Source: Chiloscyllium plagiosum | Taxonomy: Eukaryota | Assembly: GCF_004010195.1 (NCBI RefSeq) | Contig: NW_025213460.1 | Coordinates: 1 to 33,258 of the forward strand | DNA length: 33,258 bases | Direction: 5' to 3' | Part shown: positions 33,083-33,258 of the stretch, one piece after another | Numbering within the stretch: position 1 is the first letter of the stretch | Layout of the letters: each line of letters opens with the position of its first letter | The notes under the pieces: generated by a model | The model's database searches: none | Told to the model about the DNA's origin: nothing | What the model saw: only the letters and a program-made list of their open reading frames with translations | Made by a program: the position numbers and the translations under genes

Positions 33083-33258
33083 TAGACAATTCGCACTCTA
33101 AGACTGAGATGTTAATCAATTTTATGGACACTGCTAACACCATAATTGGGAATATCTCAACTTTCTCAGAGGATACTCTATGATAACTTGTTCTTCAATT
33201 TTCAACCTTTTACAGTGAACATGCATCTGAACTTTCTTAAATTAATGAGAGCTACAAA

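Overview
Repeat-dominated eukaryotic (vertebrate) DNA. The HE1-type V-SINEs, CR1 LINEs and Penelope-like elements (PLEs) point to a cartilaginous fish, probably a shark (inference from recalled repeat families). Positions 1-16607 are a diverged 43-bp satellite with higher-order blocks and three inverted segments, interrupted by two PLE insertions and a SINE. Positions 16608-26387 are mostly decayed CR1 LINEs and SINEs. They include a near full-length CR1 carrying two short fold-back PLE-tail insertions, each centred on a hammerhead-ribozyme motif and flanked by a 14-15 bp target-site duplication (TSD). After an assembly gap (26388-27015) come a SINE-internal 53-bp minisatellite and the last coding exon (minus strand) of a RIN-family (Ras and Rab interactor) gene encoding the RA domain, whose stop codon lies inside a 19-bp minisatellite. 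The rest is probably repeat-filled intron. No CRISPR array or prokaryotic operon is present. The most interesting signal is the pair of hammerhead-centred hairpin PLE mini-insertions and the junction signature shared by the PLE insertions.
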